A program made the position numbers and the translations under genes. From positions 1-41,134 of the IMG/VR virus record IMGVR_UViG_3300046055_000089: a stretch of DNA of 41,134 nucleotides; one strand, 5' to 3'. This DNA is from a virus (taxonomy: Duplodnaviria > Caudoviricetes). Under the pieces are notes generated by a model. The model saw nothing but the letters and a program-made list of their open reading frames with translations. It made no database searches and was not told the DNA's origin. Shown in pieces: positions 35,580 to 41,134 of this stretch; the stretch's first letter is position 1; each line of letters starts with the position of its first letter.

Positions 35580-35585
35580 CGGTGG

Positions 35586-36065
35586 TCACTCGCTGTCGGT
35601 GTCGTCCTGGACGTCGGCGTTGGTCACCTCGACGACCTCGCTGTTGACGTCGTAGGAGTGCTCGACCTCGAGCTGGCCGGGCTCGCGCTCGGCGTGGCCG
35701 AGGGACTGCGAGAGGGCGATGTCGAGGTCGAGGTTGTCGTCGATGCGCTCGAGGATGTCGATGAGCACGCGGGGGTCAGCCTCGGGATCGCGCTCGATCC
35801 GCTGCTTCATGTCGCCGTAGAGCCGCCGCATCTCCTGGCGGTTCTTCCGCAGCTCCTTCAGGCGGACGAGGCCGTCCTCGCGGGCGTGGTCCTCCTCGAC
35901 GATCTTCGGGAGCCAGGAGTCCATCCGCTCGATGTCGGTGCGGACCCCGGACTCGGTGATGTCGTACTCGCGGGCGATCGTCTCGACGACGTCGGTGTAC
36001 TTCCGACCTTCGACGATCAGGACCTCGAACGTCCGCTCGCGACGGTCGACCAGGTCGGGCTTCAT
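35586..36065 (-). CDS. terS: Terminase small subunit (putative)
   Basis: N-terminal HTH (IAREYDITESGVRTDI), helical oligomerisation region, upstream of TerL. Confidence 0.7.
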   Translation of the reverse strand: MKPDLVDRRERTFEVLIVEGRKYTDVVETIAREYDITESGVRTDIERMDSWLPKIVEEDHAREDGLVRLKELRKNRQEMRRLYGDMKQRIERDPEADPRVLIDILERIDDNLDLDIALSQSLGHAEREPGQLEVEHSYDVNSEVVEVTNADVQDDTDSE

Positions 36066-36171
36066 CGCGATCGCCTCGCGCGCCTGCGCGCCTGAAGTCC
36101 CAGATTCGCGGGGGGAACCGTGGTACTGCGCCCACGCGGGGGTGGGACTTCGACGCTTCGAGAGGTTCCTA

Positions 36172-36738
36172 TCATTCTTCTATCACAGTCTGGATGGCCT
36201 CGGCCGTCGCCCGACGGAAGCAGGCGAAATCGTCGCCGGCGGTGTCTGGCTGGCTCTTCAGCTCGACGACGCGCTCGACGAGGTAGACCCAGTCGTGGTC
36301 GATGCCGAGCTCGTGGAGCGTGGTCGTGAGGTTGATCGCGACATCGCGGGCGTTCCGCTTCGACCGCGTCGTCGGGGTTCGGTGAGGGTCCATGGTTCCG
36401 CAGTTCCTGCAGTAAGAGGTCTTGCCGTCGTCGGAGTAGGCCGGGCCCAGACGCTGCGGGAGCGTCAGCCGCTCATAGTACTCGCGGTCCAGGAGGTCCC
36501 ACTCCGAGCCCGTGGGTGAGACCCAGTCGACGTAGCTGAGGACGTCGCCGTAGTCGAGGCCGGCGGTCTGGGGGAAGGTGGCCTTCCGGCGGAGGCGCCG
36601 GTAGCAGTTCCGGCAGACGCGGTCGTTGCGTTCGACGACCTCGCCGAAGACCCTCGCCGAGTCGTCCGGGATCTCCAGTGCGTCGTCTTCGAGATCACGG
36701 TACAACATCGTCGGCGAAAGGGTGGATGACGTAGCCAT
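36172..36738 (-). CDS. Zn-binding hypothetical protein
   Basis: VCRNCY and YCRNCG motifs; first gene after the putative late promoter. Confidence 0.65.
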   Translation of the reverse strand: MATSSTLSPTMLYRDLEDDALEIPDDSARVFGEVVERNDRVCRNCYRRLRRKATFPQTAGLDYGDVLSYVDWVSPTGSEWDLLDREYYERLTLPQRLGPAYSDDGKTSYCRNCGTMDPHRTPTTRSKRNARDVAINLTTTLHELGIDHDWVYLVERVVELKSQPDTAGDDFACFRRATAEAIQTVIEE

Positions 36739-36827
36739 AGCTGGGGTGGGACACCGCCGGACGGCGGCTTTAGAGCAAGCCCGACCGAGTCGTCGACGAC
36801 CTACGTATGTCAGAGGGTGTTCAGTGA

Positions 36828-36835
36828 TTTATATA
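36828..36835 (-). promoter_or_regulatory. Putative late-operon TATA box TATATAAA
   Basis: AT-rich island in GC-rich context upstream of the packaging/structural block. Confidence 0.55.
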
Positions 36836-37077
36836 TCAGTATCCTCGTGGATTCTGCAGACGACCTGTCTCAGGTCCGTGGGTTTCCGCGACGTGAAGAC
36901 GTAGTCGCGGTTTTTGAGAGTCTGCAGGGCGTCGTCGACCGTGCGCTCGGGGAGCTCCGTCGCCTCGATCAGCTCGCCGCGCGTGAGCTCCCCGTCCTCC
37001 ACGTTCTCGAGGACGTGGTAGACGTACTTGGCGCTCGGCGGGAGGGGGGTGACTCCCTCCGATTCGGAGCCTGTCAC
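36829..37077 (-). CDS. Winged-HTH regulator (TrmB/MarR-like)
   Basis: LPPSAKYVYHVLE..GELTRGELIEATELPERTVDDALQTL...DLRQ; GTG start overlaps the primase stop. Confidence 0.8.
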   Translation of the reverse strand: MTGSESEGVTPLPPSAKYVYHVLENVEDGELTRGELIEATELPERTVDDALQTLKNRDYVFTSRKPTDLRQVVCRIHEDTDI

Positions 37078-40000
37078 GCTCCCGATCCACCCCCGGCCGG
37101 AGGCGAATCGGCGATCTCCCCGTTGCCCTGGAGGGTGAAGACGTCGCGGGCCCACTCCAGCCAGTCGAGCCCAGACGCCGATTCGGCGATTATCCGGCGG
37201 AAGCGCCGGACTGCGGCTACTTTGAAGCCGCCGTTATGGGAGAGTACTGATAGCGCCGATTTCAAAGTAGCAGTATCGACCGCGTAGGACACCCCAGAGT
37301 GCTGTTCGTACCGCTCGGGCCGTAGGAGGCCCACCTCTTCGAGCGCGTTGACCCAGTTGTAGACCGTGCGCTTCGAGACGTCCAGGCCGGACAGCTGAGC
37401 GAGCCGGTAGAAGCCGTCGACCTTGTTCGCGACGACGCCGTCGCGCTCCTCGACGAGCTGCCCCGGCCGGAAGCCGTTCGGACCGTCGCCGGCGACGACG
37501 TCGTGGGTCGCCTTCAGCAGGTCGACCGCCCCGGAGGGGACGTCGATCATCGCTTCGAGGGGGTCGGCGAGTTCCTCGAACGTCGCGAGCTCGTCGACGG
37601 GGATCTCGGTCGGGACGTTCGTCAGCAGGTAGGCGTGCTTCGCCTCGTCGGCGATCAGCGGCCGGATGCGGTGGAGCGCCTGGATCAGTTCCTTCTCGCG
37701 GGACTCCCGGAAGAGGGTGCCGACCATGCCCGTGTAGTGCTTCGTCGGGACGGCGCGGCCGCGGCCCTGGTCGTCCTCGTAGTGGAGTTTCCGGTAGACC
37801 GGGGGGTTCTCGGCGCCGCGGCGGGTCGAGTGCTCGGCGCCGCCGGCGCCGACGTCTTCGCGGCCCATCGCGAGCAGCTCGGCGTCGCGACGGAGGTCCT
37901 CGACGTCGGGGTGGGGCGCACCGATGCACATCACGGCGTCGCAGTCGTTCCGGTTCAGCCCACGGGTCGCGTGGTAGTGGAGGACCTCGCCGTGGTCGGG
38001 GAAGTCAAACTCGGGGATGAGGTCGCCCTTCACGATGTAGAGGGGCTTCTCGTGGACGTCGGCCGCCGTGTCGATCGCACGCTGGATGCGCGTCGCAAGC
38101 GTGGCGTCGTCCTCGAGGGCGCTACGGATGGTGCCGGCGTGGTACTGGCCGTCGAGGATCTGCGTCGTGTGGAGGTTCGGGATCTCCAAGGGGTCGTCGC
38201 CGGCGACGCGCACCTCGTCGCGATCGACGCCGAACAGCGTCGCGACCTTGTCAGGGGTGGCGGTCGCGTCCAGGACGAGCGTGTCGCCCGGGTCGGGGAG
38301 CTCCGAGGTGAGAGGGAGCTCGCGGTAGCGCAGCGCGACGATCGCGTCGGTCGGGTCGGTCGCGAACCACGCACTGGCGCGGGCGGGCTCGGCGCCCTGG
38401 TGGATGAGGGCGTGTTCGGCCTCGTGCCAGTCGCAGTCGTCGCTCGCGCAGCAGCGGGCGCCGTTGTGGTGCTCAAGTTCCCCGCGACACCAGGGGCAGT
38501 TGTCGATGATCGGGGAGAGGGCGACCGCCTGCATGACGGGCTCCTCGTCGAGGCCGGCGGTCTCGACCGCGGCGGTGAGCACCGCGTCGATCGAGATGGG
38601 CGTCCCCTCCCAGTTGTCGTTCTGCATCCGGGAGAGGACGGTCTCGCCGTGGGCGACCTTCGCCTTCGCGAGCGCCTCAGCGAGCTGCCAGTCCTCCCCG
38701 GGCTCCTCACGCTCGAGGTAGTTCCCGGCGGCCTCGTCGTACGTCTCGTAGGCGTTCCAGGTGACCGTCGGCGCCGTGAGGTCCTCGAGGCCGTCGACGT
38801 TCTCGACGTCGGTGATGACGTCGACGACGTCGCGAGTGAACCGGGCGAGCTCGCGAGCGGTGTAGGCCACCGGGTCATCCCCGGCCCGGAGGTCGGCGAT
38901 GCGCTCGAGCGTGTTCGCGATGCGCGTCAGCTCGGTCGGGCCCGCCGTGGTCTCGCGGGAGTGGAGATCGGGCGTCTCGTCGATGATGTTCAGCCCGGTC
39001 TCGCGGACGCTCTTCTGGAGGACGTACGGGTGGACGCCAACGACGAAGGGCTCGCTCTCGACCGCAGAGTACTGCGCCTGCCAGGCGCACTCCTCGCCGT
39101 GCCACTCGTGGTCGCCCGCCTCGTGGAGGCCGAGGATCTGGTGGGCCTTGTTCGGACCGACCTCGCGGACGAGCGCCTCGTAGGCCTGCCGGGTCTCGTG
39201 CTCGGGGTCGAGGTCGTAGACCGGGCACATCGACGGGCACTGCGAAGGGTGGCCATGCTCGGGGCAGTCCTCGTCGGCGTGATCGGCGTCCATGCAGTGG
39301 CCATGGCGCTTCTGCTCGCCGCCCTTGAGGTGGAAGTACTCGGCGTCCTGGAACTGGCCGGCCTCGAAGTCCTGGATTGCGTTGTCCTTGATGAACTCGC
39401 GGGCCTTCTCGTGCTTGTCGAAGTAGATGACGTGGCCGTGGTCGCGCTCAAGCGCGCCGAGGGCGGCGTTCGTGGTCTTCCCGGCGCCAGCCTCGTCACC
39501 CCAGAGGTCGATGCCGTCGTGCTCGAGGACGTCGTCGAAGCGCTCGCCCTGTAGCGCGGCCCAGCGCTGTTCGCGGTCGAACAGCTCGGCGTCCCGCTGC
39601 GGGGGTTCGCACTCCTCGACGGTCCACTCGCTGTTCGCCGACTCGGCATCGGGCGTCGGCGGCACCAGCGTCGGGATGTCGAAGCCGAGGTTCTGGAGGT
39701 GCTCGATGCCCTGGAACCAGAGCCGGCCGGTCGCCTTCCGGGGGAAGGCGTTCGAGGGCCGCATCTCGCCGGCGTCGATGAGCGCCATGACGACCGGCCC
39801 CCCGTACCCGCCAAGGTCGCCGGTGTCCTGCCAGATCTGGTCGTCGACGACGTTCGCGGTCCCGTTCGAGTTCTTCCCCCAGGGGGGGTAGAACGCCCGG
39901 TAGCCGTCGCTCGTCGAGACCTCGTCGTTCCAGGCGTGGACGATCGTGCGCTCGGCGACGCGACGGGCATCCAGGCGGTCGATCGCGGCGAATACGTCCC

Positions 40001-40907
40001 GGATGTCGTCGGTGGTCTCCTCGGACGTCGTGGCCGCGGGCTCGTGGTCGTCGAGGTCGTAATCGTCGCGAGCGGTGGAGAGGTCCTCGCGCTGCGCGGT
40101 CGCGACCTCGTCGTTCGCCTCCAGGAGTGCGTCGAGGACGTCGGCGTTCCACTCCCGAACCTCGGTGGGCGTGTCGGGGATGTGGTCGCCGGTCATCACG
40201 CAGACGCGCTTCCCGGGGTAGATCTCGATGCTCGGGAGCTCGTCGTTGCCGACCCAGGGGTCGGCGTCGAGCTGCCAGGCGGCCTGCTTCACGCCGGCGG
40301 GCAGCTCCCCGCGGTAGATGGCGTGGACGCCGTTGCCGGACTGCGAGATGTCCGCGTACGTCAGCCCGAGGTGTTCGAGGAGCGCGGTGAACGCCGGGTG
40401 GACATCGCCGGTGTCGGGGTCGCGGACGTCGTCGCCGTCGACGTAGACGTAGGGGTCGTCGGGCTGCTGGAGGTAGGCGCGGCCGTCGAGCCGAGGGTCG
40501 ATTTCGGCTATCGCGACGGTGTCGCCGTCGACGTAGTTCTCCTCGAGGCTCCACTTCCAGCGCGCATCCTCGTCGGGTGCCGCCTCGGGGTGGTCGCGGT
40601 CGGCCCAGGGCGCAAACGGCATCTTCTCGACGTGCCCCATCCACTGCTCGCGCTCGAGCAGCTCCGCTGGCCAGACGCCCGCCCTGGGAGCGGCAAAGTC
40701 GGCGTCCGCCCACTGCCCGGTGTGGGGCTCGCGGGCGGCCTCCCGAGTGGCCTCCGGCGTGGACTTGTAATGGTCCTCCCCGGCGGTCTCGACAGTGGCC
40801 TCCTGGAGGTGGTCAGCGCAGAGCGCGACCGAGTCCTCCGGGTCGACAGCGCGCTCCGAGCAGCTCGGGAGCGTACACTGCTGGCCGGGTGGGACGTCGT
40901 CGCTCAC
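37074..40907 (-). CDS. Replication protein: AEP-type primase/polymerase fused to an XPD/DinG-like SF2 helicase and C-terminal HTH
   Basis: AEP motifs YVDGDD, SQSGNGVH, IEIY, VCVMTG; helicase motifs AGAGKTT, HLKG, IIDETP, LDATAT, RGLN..VMCIGAPHP, LIQALHRIR; C-terminal VSKRTVYNWVNAL. Confidence 0.8.
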   Translation of the reverse strand: MSDDVPPGQQCTLPSCSERAVDPEDSVALCADHLQEATVETAGEDHYKSTPEATREAAREPHTGQWADADFAAPRAGVWPAELLEREQWMGHVEKMPFAPWADRDHPEAAPDEDARWKWSLEENYVDGDTVAIAEIDPRLDGRAYLQQPDDPYVYVDGDDVRDPDTGDVHPAFTALLEHLGLTYADISQSGNGVHAIYRGELPAGVKQAAWQLDADPWVGNDELPSIEIYPGKRVCVMTGDHIPDTPTEVREWNADVLDALLEANDEVATAQREDLSTARDDYDLDDHEPAATTSEETTDDIRDVFAAIDRLDARRVAERTIVHAWNDEVSTSDGYRAFYPPWGKNSNGTANVVDDQIWQDTGDLGGYGGPVVMALIDAGEMRPSNAFPRKATGRLWFQGIEHLQNLGFDIPTLVPPTPDAESANSEWTVEECEPPQRDAELFDREQRWAALQGERFDDVLEHDGIDLWGDEAGAGKTTNAALGALERDHGHVIYFDKHEKAREFIKDNAIQDFEAGQFQDAEYFHLKGGEQKRHGHCMDADHADEDCPEHGHPSQCPSMCPVYDLDPEHETRQAYEALVREVGPNKAHQILGLHEAGDHEWHGEECAWQAQYSAVESEPFVVGVHPYVLQKSVRETGLNIIDETPDLHSRETTAGPTELTRIANTLERIADLRAGDDPVAYTARELARFTRDVVDVITDVENVDGLEDLTAPTVTWNAYETYDEAAGNYLEREEPGEDWQLAEALAKAKVAHGETVLSRMQNDNWEGTPISIDAVLTAAVETAGLDEEPVMQAVALSPIIDNCPWCRGELEHHNGARCCASDDCDWHEAEHALIHQGAEPARASAWFATDPTDAIVALRYRELPLTSELPDPGDTLVLDATATPDKVATLFGVDRDEVRVAGDDPLEIPNLHTTQILDGQYHAGTIRSALEDDATLATRIQRAIDTAADVHEKPLYIVKGDLIPEFDFPDHGEVLHYHATRGLNRNDCDAVMCIGAPHPDVEDLRRDAELLAMGREDVGAGGAEHSTRRGAENPPVYRKLHYEDDQGRGRAVPTKHYTGMVGTLFRESREKELIQALHRIRPLIADEAKHAYLLTNVPTEIPVDELATFEELADPLEAMIDVPSGAVDLLKATHDVVAGDGPNGFRPGQLVEERDGVVANKVDGFYRLAQLSGLDVSKRTVYNWVNALEEVGLLRPERYEQHSGVSYAVDTATLKSALSVLSHNGGFKVAAVRRFRRIIAESASGLDWLEWARDVFTLQGNGEIADSPPAGGGSGA

Positions 40908-41134
40908 GCGGAGTCACCTCCCCAGTCCGCGAGCGTCGTCTGGCCCTCGCGCGCGGGTCGCGTGTCCGCCACCGGGTCGGGGACGGGAACGTTCTCGGCC
41001 TGCTCGCTACCGGCGGGCTCGGGCTCGGTCGCGTAGACCGTCTCGCCGTCCGGGTTGGCGGCGGTTTTGTTCGGGCGCTCGTCCCAGTACTGCCAGGCGG
41101 CGTTGATTTCGACGCCGGAGGCCGAGCGCGTCAC
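40904..41134 (-). CDS. Hypothetical protein (probably truncated by the window edge)
   Basis: Open frame from the window end; finishes GQTTLADWGGDSA with a GGAGGTGA SD for the primase gene. Confidence 0.5.
   Translation of the reverse strand: MTRSASGVEINAAWQYWDERPNKTAANPDGETVYATEPEPAGSEQAENVPVPDPVADTRPAREGQTTLADWGGDSA

Overview
The whole window is most of a temperate, contractile-tailed (myovirus-type) Caudoviricetes provirus. The very acidic proteins, high GC and archaeal TATA/leaderless signals point to a haloarchaeal host (inference). Layout from left to right: (1) a tyrosine integrase with a C-terminal Zn ribbon (+). (2) A leftward early operon of small Zn-finger and hypothetical genes ending in an XPB/Rad25-like helicase. 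(3) A control region with two divergent ribbon-helix-helix genes around a dense operator array, an Orc1/Cdc6 homologue, a PH-like gene and a phiH1-Rep-like wHTH repressor with palindromic operators. (4) A leftward block of about 29 kb: AEP primase fused to an XPD/DinG-like helicase, TerS, TerL, portal, MuF, prohead protease, decoration protein, HK97-fold major capsid protein, neck, sheath, tube, chaperone with a +1 TTT-CGC frameshift, tape measure, baseplate and fibres. The most notable non-coding features are three: a ~400-nt highly structured RNA region in the head module containing a full-length tRNA-like cloverleaf with no anticodon loop; a bipartite promoter element shared by the Orc1 gene and the early operon; and a recurring TTAGAGC-loop hairpin in operon leaders. 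Three apparent deletion remnants (ParB-like, HerA-like, HNH) were also found. All assignments are by eye, from motifs and gene order; no database searches were run.
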